Shown here: positions 1 through 11,419 of the stretch, piece after piece | Numbering within the stretch: position 1 is the first letter of the stretch | Layout: each line of letters starts with the position of its first letter | Source: Phyllosticta citribraziliensis | Taxonomy: Eukaryota | DNA: 64,000 nucleotides | Assembly (NCBI RefSeq): GCF_038025025.1 | Contig: NW_027117338.1 | Span: 1,116,001 to 1,180,000, forward strand | Direction: 5' to 3' | Translations under genes and position numbers: made by a program | The notes under the pieces: generated by a model | Told to the model about the DNA's origin: nothing | The model's database searches: none | Seen by the model: only the letters and a program-made list of their open reading frames with translations

Positions 1-2
1 GC

Positions 3-941
3 AACTCTGATGACTTTTTCCCGGAGGTGCCTGCGTCACATCCGTGGCATGTCTACTGCAACGCGCACAACTCGCTCTTAACGCAACACCTCAATGTACT
101 CCCCGACTGGGACATGTTTCAGACCTCTCATCCATGGGCCTCGTTCCACGCGGCTGCGCGCTGCATCTCAGGGGGTCCGATTTACATCACAGATGTACCA
201 GGCCAGCACAACATTGATCTGATCCGCCAAATGACGGCCAAGACTCCGCGGGGCTCTACCGTCATCCTGCGCCCCCATCGCATAGGCAAGACCATCGATG
301 CCTACGTCGCTTACGATGAGCCACAGCTGCTAAAGATTGGCACATTCATTGGCCGCCAGGGTTCTGGAACAGGCATCCTGGGTGTCTTCAACACGACCCA
401 GAGGCACCTGACTGAACTTCTCACGCTTGATCATTTCCCTGGTACGGAGGATGGAGAATATGTTGTCCGCGCTCATACCACAGGTCAAATAAGCGCCCCA
501 ATCAAGAGAGGTCAGGAATCGGCGTTCGTCCACCTTGATCTCCCAGTCCAGGAATGGGAAATCTTGTCAGCGGCACCGGTGTCCACACATAACACATCGA
601 CTGGCTCCGTCAAGCTCGCAGTCCTGGGTCTTGTTGGAAAAATGACTGGCGCGGCCGCGATCGTCAACTACGACGTGTATGTAGAGCGCGAGGGTGGTCA
701 TCATCTCAGGATTTGGACCAGCCTTAAGGCTCTCGGGACCTATGGAATTTGGATCGAGGACCTGGAGAAGTTGGACATTGAGAACCAGTTCATTGCGCTG
801 ATCTTTGGCAAGCCAGTGTCCATGGAATGTGTCAGGGTCAAGAAGAGCGTGCTGGAGATTGACTTGGTGAGGGCGTGGGAGGAGAGCGATCAGAGAGCTG
901 GCTGGAGCAACGAGGTTGCCATTGAAGTCATTATTCGCTGA
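3..941 (+). CDS. Raffinose synthase/Sip1-family alpha-galactosidase (GH36), C-terminal part; 5' end lies outside the window
   Basis: Frame is open from base 3 (NSDDFFPEVPASHPWH). Contains the Sip1/GH36 motifs PDWDMFQT and FHAAARCISGGPIYITD.PG.H. Stop TGA at 939-941. Confidence 0.9.
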   Translation, partial: NSDDFFPEVPASHPWHVYCNAHNSLLTQHLNVLPDWDMFQTSHPWASFHAAARCISGGPIYITDVPGQHNIDLIRQMTAKTPRGSTVILRPHRIGKTIDAYVAYDEPQLLKIGTFIGRQGSGTGILGVFNTTQRHLTELLTLDHFPGTEDGEYVVRAHTTGQISAPIKRGQESAFVHLDLPVQEWEILSAAPVSTHNTSTGSVKLAVLGLVGKMTGAAAIVNYDVYVEREGGHHLRIWTSLKALGTYGIWIEDLEKLDIENQFIALIFGKPVSMECVRVKKSVLEIDLVRAWEESDQRAGWSNEVAIEVIIR

Positions 942-1163
942 GGGTACAAAAGTTGATGGCGCGGCACAAAAGCAAAGCAGTCCTGCAGTTGTCCTAAGCA
1001 AAGTGTTATCCTTTATTTTCCCAATCCACCTCGTGTGTTCACGCAGTCTGTATTGGATTGACAGCATTTTTGGCTTAGGTACCTAGGTAAAAGTCGACAA
1101 AAGATACGGATCTCTGACGCAAGCATATGTTGCTGACTGGCTCTGCTTTCAAACAACAGAAGC

Positions 1164-4100
1164 CTATTCCCCATGCAATCCCAGGTCCAGCGTCCAGGCG
1201 TCCATACCCACCCCAACTAAGACGACAGTCCGTCTCCTCTCATCTTCTTCCTTGCAACCCAACACCGCCATGTCAGACACGTCTGCCACGGCCGTGGGCT
1301 CGTCGGCAACACAACTCACGTCCACACCCTCCACGCCTTCTTTCTCCAGATCGACCGTGATCTCCCACACCTTGACACGCTGGTCGTTGCCGCTCGTCAC
1401 AGCCAGGAATCGGTTTTCGTCCTCGCTGCAGCGGAGCAGTGCACTTGCCGTCACTGTCGCGGCGTGGGCGGTTGGCATGATGAGCGTGCTTACACTGGTC
1501 GATGAGGTCTTTGTTTCGTGGTTGTGTCGGGTCTTGATCAGTGAGAGCGCGACGGCATTGTCATCGCCTCCGGTGAGAAGAAGCGCTGCGTCTGCTGTAA
1601 TTCTTTGGTGGCTGAGAGCTTTGACGGTGCTCTGGTGGACCATTTTGCGAGTGGCAAAGGACAACTCAGTGCGAAGATTGTCCACGGCGGCTTTCTTGTG
1701 GGACGAAGAGGTAGTCTGGATGTTGGGCCAAAATGTAATGTGTCCGTCTGTTCCAGCGGTAAGGAAATGTCGGTAGTCGACATGGATCACTTGGGTGAGA
1801 CAAGAAGTGGCATATGTGCCGACGTGGATGAGACGGAAGGTCTTGGTGGATAGCTTGGAAGTGTAGGTGTACCTCTGTTTCGATACGTCAGTCTTTTCGC
1901 TCTTTCAGAGCGCCTGAAGGCGGAAGATTAATGTTTACCCTTAGAGTTGAATCAGAGAAAACCATCGTGATGATGAACTCCCCGTCTCTGTCCTCATCCA
2001 GGCCGTGGTCCCGGGGATCCGTTGGTCCTATTTGCTCGACTTCAAAATTCATGATTCTGAGGTCGAAGTTTTCGCTCTCCGTTGGACAGACTGCTTCGCA
2101 CACCACACCGAGGCCGATCACTGGCACATTTTGGACTCTCCATACAAAGAATTCCTCGCCTCCACCGCTGCTGAAAAGGAACCGCCCATCCGCAGACCAA
2201 GCAAGGTGCTGGATTCCCGTGACATGTTTGCGGATAGTCTTGACAGATGTAAAGTCTGCATGCTTGTGTTCCCAGACAACCTCGCCGTACTGGAACAGGC
2301 GAATCGTAGTGTCTTCCGCCCCAGTAGCAAGAAGCCCCGGTCGCGTGGGGCAAGCTGCCAGTGCTTTGATCTCACGGCCATGCCCGCCCGTTCTCAGAAT
2401 ATCGTGCGATGCTTGGGCTGTGTGATACAGTTTGAACGTGTTTGCGTGGTTCCAAACGAATGTGCCGCCGACACCACCCCCAGGAGGCAGAGGGCAGAAG
2501 CTCCAGATGCGGTGGGCGCCGCCACATTCGACAGATAGTACCTCCTGTTCGAGCGTAACATTGTAGAGAACAAAGTGCTTACTTCGAAAGCCGTAGACCA
2601 TGAGGTCTTTGCTCTGTGGGTCGATGTAACAGCCTTCGGCATTAGGTCCAAGCGGAAGGGAAGATTGGTGAACGAGAGTCGTAGTCAGACTTTGCGAGAT
2701 GTCAGTTGCTGTGCAACGTCCGTCACGACCGACTGATATGAGGAGTCCGAGAGACTTGGAGCTGTCGAGCACTGTCGAGGGGGCCCATAAGAGACGGGCA
2801 ATGGCTTCGGGTGTATGTAATTTGTGACGAGCACTGAACTGATACTCGTAGATTTCGCTTGTGTCGTGGAACGGAACCTCCGGGAATATCACGAGTCCAC
2901 CACTCCTTGAACCGACAAAAGCGACGCTGCATCCGTCCGAGATTGCATAGGTTGCAGAGGTAGGTACGAAGGGAGAAGGAAGTCTCAAGGCGACTTTTCG
3001 CACAATCTTCAATTCAGCATCGCGTGAGAAGAGAAAGTGCTCAGCGACAGTTTCTCCCACTTGGGTAACAAACAAGCTGACCAGAGTCTTGCCATCCGGA
3101 GTGCAAACGGAGGAGGCGTAAATTCCGGAAATCTTTCTCTCGACTTGTGTAAGGCTTGAAAGATGAGTGCTGCTTTCGCCCACACAGAACACTTGTCCGT
3201 TTTTGCTTGCGATAAAAGCCAGCCCAAGCTCGGGTACACCTGCAGCAATAGAGTAGCCCTGAAGTTCATCAAGCTGTCCGAGGCTGTGCCACAAAACATC
3301 TCCATCTTTTCTTGCGACGTCAGCTTTCCAGACCTGGCCACTGTTCGCCGTTGAAATGACTGATCCGGGGGACAGAAAAGCAAACGATCGCTGGACGTCA
3401 GCTTTGGAATGCTCTGCTACAGACTCCAACTTTTCGAAAGGCCACAAGTGGCTGGTGATCGCACTGTCAGCTGCCCCAGTGACAATTTCAATCTTGTCGC
3501 CGTCATGATGATAGTTTGTCGCCATGGACCAAATGTTTTTGCCTGAATGAAAAGAGGACGTATCCGAGAGCTTGATGTCAACTGTCAATGCTTGTGAGCT
3601 GTCGACTTCATAGTCTAGTTGCCAGACTCGAGTGGTAGCATCTTCTCCAAACGACATGAGCTGGTTGATCCGGAATTGTGTCCTCTCAACGAAACGAACA
3701 GCCCATACTCTTGAAGTGTGGCCCCAAGCGACTGCGAGACTCTTGCTTTGGTCGGAGATGTTTGCACCGAAGCCAGTCTCTCGATCTTGGACCAGCCCCA
3801 GAACGTCCTGAGAGGCTGGCATCACTGTGCTTTTGGGCAATGGTGTAATATTCCAGAGTCTAATCGTCCGGTCATCACTACAGCTTGCAAGCAAGCGGCA
3901 AGTTGAGCCGTTTCCATCTCCAGTTGTGAATGCGGATGAAATCCGTACGCCAAATATGGATCCTTCATGGCCAGTGAAGAAGTGATGTATCGATGACTCT
4001 GCTTGCGCAGCGCTGGAGAAGTCGCAAGACCATACAAGAATTTCGCCGAATGCTGTCCCTGATGCGACCAGGACCTTGGAGTGCGAAAGCCATAGACAAT

Positions 4101-4661
4101 GTGCGGAGTACAACATGCAACGAGATGCACAAGTCAATTCCTCTGAAGAAAGCGTCAAGCTTGGGTCATTGATTGACCACGAAAATCGCAAGAGTGCATT
4201 GTGCGCCGTTACTGCCACAGTACTGCAGTCGGCCGATGCGTCTAGCTTCTCGCCAGCAGTGGAGTCGAAAGGAACTGGACAGGATGCCACATCGAGGATC
4301 CAATCTGCGACTTTGAAAACAGGCCCTTTTGACAATTCATCTGGCCTGTCCACGAAGATTTTGACTAACCGAACAAAGAGTCCTCCGTACACTAGGATGA
4401 TTGAGGATCGTTCTTGTTCGGATGAATGGACTTCCAGAATACCATGTACTGCCTGGCTCTTGAACAGTCTTTCGGAGAGGATCTGAGCTCGTTTTTCTCG
4501 CTGGAAAACACGTAGGAAGGGACCTTCAGCCGAAAGAACGAATTTGCCGCAAAATGCAAGCGCTGTCACCGGCACGCGGGCGCAGCCATGCTGTACAAAG
4601 CATGAGCCTGATGCATCGCGTTCGTTCAGGATGGAGCGCTCACTTGCAAGAAGCGGGACAT
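1164..4661 (-). CDS. RTT10: WD40-repeat protein, WDR6/Rtt10 (Trm734) family, tRNA 2'-O-methyltransferase partner
   Basis: Exons 4661-4644, 4590-1939, 1874-1164 with GT-AG introns 4643-4591 and 1938-1875; frames are consistent. N-terminus MSRFLQHGCARVPVTALAF. Motifs FTGHEGSIFGV, SCSDDRTIRLW, GHTSRVW, CGGAHR, GGHGREIK, TGAEDTTIR. Confidence 0.88.
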
Positions 4662-4979
4662 GAGGTCCAGTTGGTTTGAGAGAGTAATGCGTTGTTGTGA
4701 AAGACTTTGGCCAGAGAGATGACCGCCAGGCTTGACTAAGCGATGGTTCTGTGTTTGCGCTGGAGCGTCCGTGCGCCCTGGTCGGCGCGGCGCCCCCGGC
4801 CGCCTTGCACCCAGCTCCGCCGCCATACTCGATCTCACAACTTCATCTCGCGCCTTCACAAAGGAGCGCTCAATTCTTACACCCCCGACAACCCTTCCAG
4901 CCTGAACGGTATCCTCCGACAAGCTCGCAACCAACCTTCCGCTTTGCTCTCTCCGATTGAGCTTGTCTGACGCCTCGTC

Positions 4980-7900
4980 ATGGCGGACAACCGAGACGAC
5001 CTCGCCGGCTCCGAGTCGGATGACGAGCCTTTCAACTTTGAGCCAGCCGTTGCTTCTGACAACGAGGACGACACAAGACAAGATGACGAAGACGATGACG
5101 AAGTGAGGCTCAATCGGTCAGGCAAGCGGATCAGCAGACACCAGAGCGAAGATGGAGACAACAATGAGGAGGCTGCTGGAGATGAGGAAGAAGGGGAGGG
5201 CGAGGAGCAGCATGAGGATGGTGGTGAGGAAGACGATGAAGAGGAGGATGAAGAGGAGGAGGAAGATGAAGAAGAGGAAGTTGTTGTGAGTATCTCGCCA
5301 TCCGCGCGTGCAGAATGACGCGACTTGCCTCAGAGGTTTTTTCTCACACTTTGACAGGGTCACCAGCGCAAACGACGCAAGCGCGATGCCCGTCTCCAGT
5401 TCATCGATGTCGAAGCCGAGGTTGACGAGGAAGATGAGGAGGAGCTCGACGAAGACGACGAACTGCCCGACGAGACTCACCCCGACGACCTTCTGGACAT
5501 GCCCGCTGGTGCCGAAAACGACGACCGCCGACACAGGGAACTTGACAGACAACGCGAGCTGGAGGCGAGTATGGATGCGGAGAAGCAAGCCGCTGCTCTC
5601 AAGGAGCGCTACGGTCGTAACCGTGCCTCTGCGGTCAACTCGGCGGTCTTGCCTCAGAGACTGCTTTTGCCCAGCGTAGAGGATCCCTCAATCTGGGGAG
5701 TCAAGTGCAAGCCTGGCAAGGAAAAGGAAATTGTCTTCTCCATCGCAAAAAAGATTGAGGATCGATTGCGCACTCGCGAGCCAATCGAGGCCACGTCTGT
5801 ATTTGAGCGCGGCGCCATCATGCCTGGATACATCTACGTGGAGGCGCGCAAGCAGGCCGCAGTCATGGTCGCATGCGATAACATCTCATTTTGCTACCCC
5901 CGCAAAGAGAAGGGAATGATTCTGGTTCCACTCAAGGAGATGCCAGATTTGCTCCGCGTAAAGAAGTCCGAGGAGCTTACCGAAGGCATGTATGTCCGCA
6001 TGAAGGGCCCGCAGTTGTATGCAGGAGATTTGGCACAGATTATCGAGGTGGAACCAAACGGCAACGAGGTCACCGTCCGCATTGTTCCTCGTCTGGACTA
6101 CGGCCTTCACGATGACCCCAACGCGCCCGCCGATGCCAAGCGAAAGCGCCCTGGATTCCTCCAAAGACCCGCTCAGAGGCATTTCAGTGATGTTGAGGCG
6201 CGAAAGAAGCACATGAAATTCCTCCAGCAAGAAACCTCTCTGCATGGACATCGTATCTGGATCTACAAGAAAGACCGCTACGTTGATGGGTTCCTGGAAA
6301 AGACTGTCAAGCTCTCTCAGCTTCAAACGGATGCTGTTCATCCTCGCCTTGACGAGGTGACCAAGTTTGCCGTGATCGAGGACGGTGCCGAAAACCTTGA
6401 CCTCAATGCTCTCGCCGCCACGATCAAGCAGTCGGCTGGCCAATCCAATTACATGCCCGGAGACATGGTTGAAATTTTCCAAGGCGAGCAGAAGGGCGTC
6501 GTTGGAAAAGCCGTCACCGTTCACAACGACATCGTCACAGTCAAAGTCACCGAAGGAGATCTCCGAGGCCAGACAGTGGAAGCCCCCGTGAAGACTCTTA
6601 GGAAGAGATTCAAGGAAGGAGACCATGTCAAGGTCGTCGGTGCCAGCAAATACCAGGACGAGGTTGGTATGGTCATCAAGGTCAAGGATGACCGTGTCTC
6701 GCTCGTGACGGATTCCAACAACAAGGAAATTACGGTCTTTAGTAAAGACCTCCGAGTCGCGAGTGACACTGGCGGAATTTCTGGCATCACAAAGTACGAC
6801 CTCTTCGACTTGGTGCAGCTCGATGTCTCCACCGTTGCATGCGTAATCAAGGTCGACCGCGAATCCTTGCGGGTCTTGGATCAAAACGGCCAGGTTCGCA
6901 CCATTCTACCATCAAACATCTCCAACAAGATCGACAGGCGCAAAAACGCTGTTGGAACTGACCGGGATGGCTCTGAGATTCGCGTCGATGACACAATCAA
7001 GGAGTATGCGGGTGAGAATCGTCAGGGCCGGGTCCTCCACATTCATCGCAACTTCCTCTTCGTCTTGAACAACTCTCGAGCAGAAAATGCGGGCGTCTTC
7101 GTCGTTCGGGCTGGCAACGTGACGACCGTCGCTGCTAAGGGTGGCAGAGTCAACAGTGCAGCCCCTGACCTCATGAAAATGAACCCTGCTCTTCAAAGGC
7201 AAATGGGTCAGAATGGCCCGGCCCAGGGCGCAATGGCACCACCAAAAACCATTGGCCGGGATAGGTTGATCGGCAAGACCGTCATCGTCCGCAAGGGACC
7301 GTACAAGGGTCTCCTTGGTATTGTCAAGGACACCACGGACCTCGAGGCGCGCGTTGAACTTCACACCAAAAACAAAACCATCACTGTTGGCAAAGATACT
7401 TTGTCAGTCAAGGACCCAATCACCGGCGCCTCAATCCCAATCGGAGGTGGACGTGGGCGAGGTGCGCCAGCTCCGGGTGGGTATGGTGGTTCCACTCCCG
7501 GATCCCGCGTTCCCAATTGGCAAGGCGGCAGCCGTACCCCTATGGGTGCTCAGTCTGGTGGAAGGACTCCAGCATGGGGCCGCACTCCCGCATGGTCGCA
7601 ATCCAACGGATCTGGAACTTCATATGGCGGAGCCGGTGGTCGGACCCCAGCTTCCTGGAACAGCTCACGCACCCCTGCCTGGGCTGGCCGCAATGATGGT
7701 AATAGGACCGCCTATGGAGACGGCAGCCGAACCGCCTACGGTGATGGAGGCCGTACGGCGTACGGAGGCTCGACTGCTTATGGTGGCTCGACGTGGGGTG
7801 ACAATGTAAGTCTGCGCATGTCATGTTAAAGACGACTCTAACATTCGATTCAGCGTGGTTCTGCTTGGGATGCTTCATCACGTACTCCGTATGGCGGAGC

Positions 7901-8222
7901 TGGCTCGACGGCCTTTGACTCTGGCTCCAGGACTCCTGCATGGAATGCCAATGCGGGTTCCGGCCAAAGCAATGCACAACCTACTCCTGGCTCCTGGCAA
8001 CATCCTACTCCTGGCGCCTTTGATGCTCCTACTCCTGGATTCAGCGCTCCAACTCCTGCGGCTGATCAACCAACCCCTCGCGGCTACGGCAGTAACTACG
8101 GCGGCTATGGATACGGTGCCACGCCTGCAGCTGCGCCGACACCCGCGCAGTTCCCGGAAACGCCAGCGGCTGGCTACCCTGAGACACCCGCCGCAGGTGG
8201 AGATGACGATCGATATGACTGA
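4980..8222 (+). CDS. SPT5: Transcription elongation factor Spt5
   Basis: Exons 4980-5285, 5358-7805, 7854-8222. Acidic N-terminus, FIDVEAEV, NGN domain (LLPSVEDPSIWGVKCKPGKE, GYIYVEA), KOW motifs (KGPYKGLLGIVKD) and C-terminal GRTPAW repeats. Confidence 0.97.
7520..8160 (+). repeat. Spt5 C-terminal repeat region (coding, imperfect)
   Basis: Repeated G(G/S)RTPAW units, then (D)G(S/G/N)RTAYG units at about 7695-7785, then PTPG/APTP units in exon 3. Confidence 0.8.
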
Positions 8223-8983
8223 AGCGGCGGCAAAAGTCGATGAATGGACATGAGGAGGTCGATTTTTTTGCCCGAGCTTGGGCAGCCCACGTCAAAGTGC
8301 CGAACCACCCTTGAGTCGTGGCAAAGCGGCAGTCGACGGCACTTTGCTCGTCATGTAAATTACAAGTGGAAGTGCGGGGAACAAGTTGGGCTACCAGAAA
8401 ATGGGTGCGTGGGCATGCACGGAGACAGGCCATTGGTCCTTTAGACAAATGGCATTTCCTTCCGAAGCGGTGGTCATCGAGCGACTCTGGATGATTCAAG
8501 GGAGGAGTTTCATGCATAATTTGCGGCATTTCCGGCTAACCAAGGGGTTTTAGTAGTAGGCAGTGGTCGAGAGACTTCGTTCCAAAAGCGAGCCAAATAA
8601 TGACAACGTGTCTCGAAGAGACTGCCAGTCGGATGACACTGTCCGATTCATACTACCCGTTTGAAGCACCCGAAGTCCCCTGAAGTTCTCTTGATAAATC
8701 CCCGTGTGATGATGTGTGCTGTGAGCGCTTGGTCTCAGGCATCTCGGATCATCAACCAACAAGGCCAGTGGAGACATGCGGCCAGTCTTACACATCGCAT
8801 TCGAGATTCGAGCTCTTGGAGAAGGCTTCAGGACATTGGACAGCCTATCAAATTTGCAACCTACAAACGTTCATCGGGCCTTTCCACAATCTCCTCGGGA
8901 GTGGGTGGTTTCTACAAGATGAAAAACGAACATCCGAACATCCGAACGCCAACGGACCCAACGCAAGGATCCAACAACTTGTC

Positions 8984-11419
8984 TCAAGTCTTCCTCCTTT
9001 TCCAAGGCGATGCCTTCCACTTTTTTGGCGATGGTTTTAGTCTCTTCCTCTCTTTCCCTATTTCATCATTCGCCATGCTGAGCCCTTCCTCCAAGGCCCT
9101 GTACATGCTCTCGGCCACCTCGTTGTCTACTTCTTCACCAGCTGACATCCGCTCCAGCTCGTCCAAAAATCCCGGCGCCACTATTTCGAGAGTGCTACAA
9201 TCCTCTGTCATCATCGCCCACCCCTGGCACACGTGGTGTACAAAGGAGGTTAGCAGTCCGGGCTCTGAATAAACCGAGAAGCCGAACAGCGTGGCCAACT
9301 GACCCAGCGCGATGCCGCTTTCGTTTGAGGTGAGATCCTGGCCGACGCGGTTGGTGTCCAAAAGAAAAGATTTGCGAGCATTTGTCAAGGAGCACTTCCT
9401 ACAGACACATGTGCTGAGGTGCGGGAGGGACAAAAAGTCGGCGATGGCCATTGCACCGTGGGTGGCGGACGTGGCAGTCGTCAACTTTTCAAGCGGCACG
9501 CTGAATAGAATGGCGTCTGTTGGGATCTCGCCCCAGATCATCCACTCGTACCGACCGCAGTAGTGATTGCCTTTGAAATTTCCCCATGAGGACTGGCGGC
9601 TTGGTACCCCTTCATCAGTCTTGATGGCTCGGATTAGGGATCCTGCATGGAACATCGTTGGCTTGGGGATTTTGTCAGCATCGAACATCGCTATGTGCTG
9701 TTGACCAATGCTGGGGTCCCTTTCCCTTTTCTTCTTATTCTCTAAGCCTCTGTAAACGGACCAGATGAGCGATGTCGTTGTGGCGACAAAACAGGAGAAA
9801 TCCTCGCCCATCAGATGCATCATGGCCGCATCTAACAGCACTTCATTTGTGTGTGGCGGATTCATGACACCATCTCGCGGGATTTGGCTGCGCCGTCCCG
9901 AGCGAAAGCCCTTGGGTGAGTTTTGGCCTGGCATGCCCTCGTGATATACGCGGAATAGGATTCGAGGTTGCGGTGCTCGGTTTTCAAAAAAGTAAGGGCT
10001 TGTGACTGTGTTCCGTTCAGTCACAGGGCTGGACAAGGGGACATCGCTTTGTGGCGAGCTGGCTTCAAGTCCAGTGCCTCTCTGGCCGTGCCAGGACAAC
10101 TCAGTCAGGTTGTTTCTTGCTGGGAAGATATTCCGAGCGTGGCGAGGCTCATGCACGCATTCCCCGTTTGGAATGAAGTTGGACAACATGTTGTTTCCGG
10201 TATAGGTTGACTTTCCTTGCAAAGGAGAGGATGAAATCAGACTCATGTCGTCAGGGTTCGGAGCGAGCAGCATTTGGTGTTTGTCTCCGAGAAGCCAATT
10301 TCGAATGTCCCTCATGTATCCCACGTGTTTATGCTCTTTTTTGGTTGTGGGTTTCCGGCGCCGGTTCCGTGGTTTCAACTCGAATTCACGTTGCTCAGCA
10401 GCCTCTTTGAATCTTGTCTGCAACTCTTGCCATCGTTTCCGTGCATCGTATTGCGATTCTTCACTGAAAGCGAAAGACCATTCTGCCCATTGTGCTCTCA
10501 CGATCTGATTCCTGAAACTCGGTGGGGGAAAGCAAAAATTCAGGATTTCCACGATTTCTTCCCATGAGTTCTGCGTGAAGGTTCTCATCAGGAACACAGC
10601 TTCGCGTTCATACATATCCCAATGACGTGGAACCGGTCTCCCAGAAAGCACACGATCGCTGGTTGGAGAGACCGTTTTAATTCTTTTTGAATTTGGTGTT
10701 TTTGGCTCTTTGCAGTTGCTGTCGGACATGCAGTTTCGGCCTTTCTGAACGTCCGGCTTGGATCCATGGTGAAATCGTCTTCTTTTCTTGATGTGCTTAT
10801 CTTCGTCAACACTCCGTGGTTCTACTTCATTTTCAGAATCCTCCCAAGTGTACTTTATAGGCTCCGGCGATGCCACACCAGTCGGTGAGCCGATGAGAGG
10901 TGAATTTGGAGAGGGGGAGGGAGAGGGGTCGTCCTGGTAATGCGCAGGTGACTCCGCGACAACTGTCTCATCGTCCCCAGAATCGCTGGTCATGTGCGCG
11001 AAATCACCCTCGTCTCCGACAGTGGAATTCATGACCTGTATCTCAGAATCCTCTTTGTCTTCATCTTCATTTTGGGCTGGATCGAAGGGACAGGGGGGTA
11101 AGAGGGCCTTGGAAGCTTCAAAATGCCTCGACGACTCGTAAACTGGATCCATAGATGTGGGACCTGCCAAAGATCGATCTGAGAGTGAGCGCGATGGAAG
11201 CTCGTGGTGAAACGCTTGGTGACAGGTTTCTATAATGGGATTTTGTTCCTCGGTTTCCCGCTTGATATCAGACTCAATGGAGCGGAGTGTGGGCGCTTCC
11301 GAGTATTGCAAATTGGCTGATTTCTGCGGGCCACCCGGTGGTTGCATGAATGTAATGCGGTATTTGTTGGCCGTCAATTCGAAGGTGTGAAACTGCGGCC
11401 CATTCGAGACTTCGGTCAT
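8984..11419 (-). CDS. Uncharacterised ~811-aa protein: disordered N-terminus, Myb/HTH-like segment, C-terminal fungal ART-fold-like (DUF7587-like) domain
   Basis: Uninterrupted ORF; first ATG at 11419 (the track start at 11518 is GTG). W..YEREAV...WEEIVEILN...RAQW segment; LFRVY...FVATTTSLIW...IAMFD...YEWMIWGEIP segment; basic NLS-like clusters. The domain name is from recall. Confidence 0.7.
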   Translation of the reverse strand: MTEVSNGPQFHTFELTANKYRITFMQPPGGPQKSANLQYSEAPTLRSIESDIKRETEEQNPIIETCHQAFHHELPSRSLSDRSLAGPTSMDPVYESSRHFEASKALLPPCPFDPAQNEDEDKEDSEIQVMNSTVGDEGDFAHMTSDSGDDETVVAESPAHYQDDPSPSPSPNSPLIGSPTGVASPEPIKYTWEDSENEVEPRSVDEDKHIKKRRRFHHGSKPDVQKGRNCMSDSNCKEPKTPNSKRIKTVSPTSDRVLSGRPVPRHWDMYEREAVFLMRTFTQNSWEEIVEILNFCFPPPSFRNQIVRAQWAEWSFAFSEESQYDARKRWQELQTRFKEAAEQREFELKPRNRRRKPTTKKEHKHVGYMRDIRNWLLGDKHQMLLAPNPDDMSLISSSPLQGKSTYTGNNMLSNFIPNGECVHEPRHARNIFPARNNLTELSWHGQRGTGLEASSPQSDVPLSSPVTERNTVTSPYFFENRAPQPRILFRVYHEGMPGQNSPKGFRSGRRSQIPRDGVMNPPHTNEVLLDAAMMHLMGEDFSCFVATTTSLIWSVYRGLENKKKRERDPSIGQQHIAMFDADKIPKPTMFHAGSLIRAIKTDEGVPSRQSSWGNFKGNHYCGRYEWMIWGEIPTDAILFSVPLEKLTTATSATHGAMAIADFLSLPHLSTCVCRKCSLTNARKSFLLDTNRVGQDLTSNESGIALGQLATLFGFSVYSEPGLLTSFVHHVCQGWAMMTEDCSTLEIVAPGFLDELERMSAGEEVDNEVAESMYRALEEGLSMANDEIGKERKRLKPSPKKWKASPWKRRKT

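Noticed and set aside
5886..6884. 332-aa antisense ORF in SPT5 (similar ones in PRX1, acdS, PYK1, FAT1)
   Set aside because: Explained by codon bias of the sense gene.
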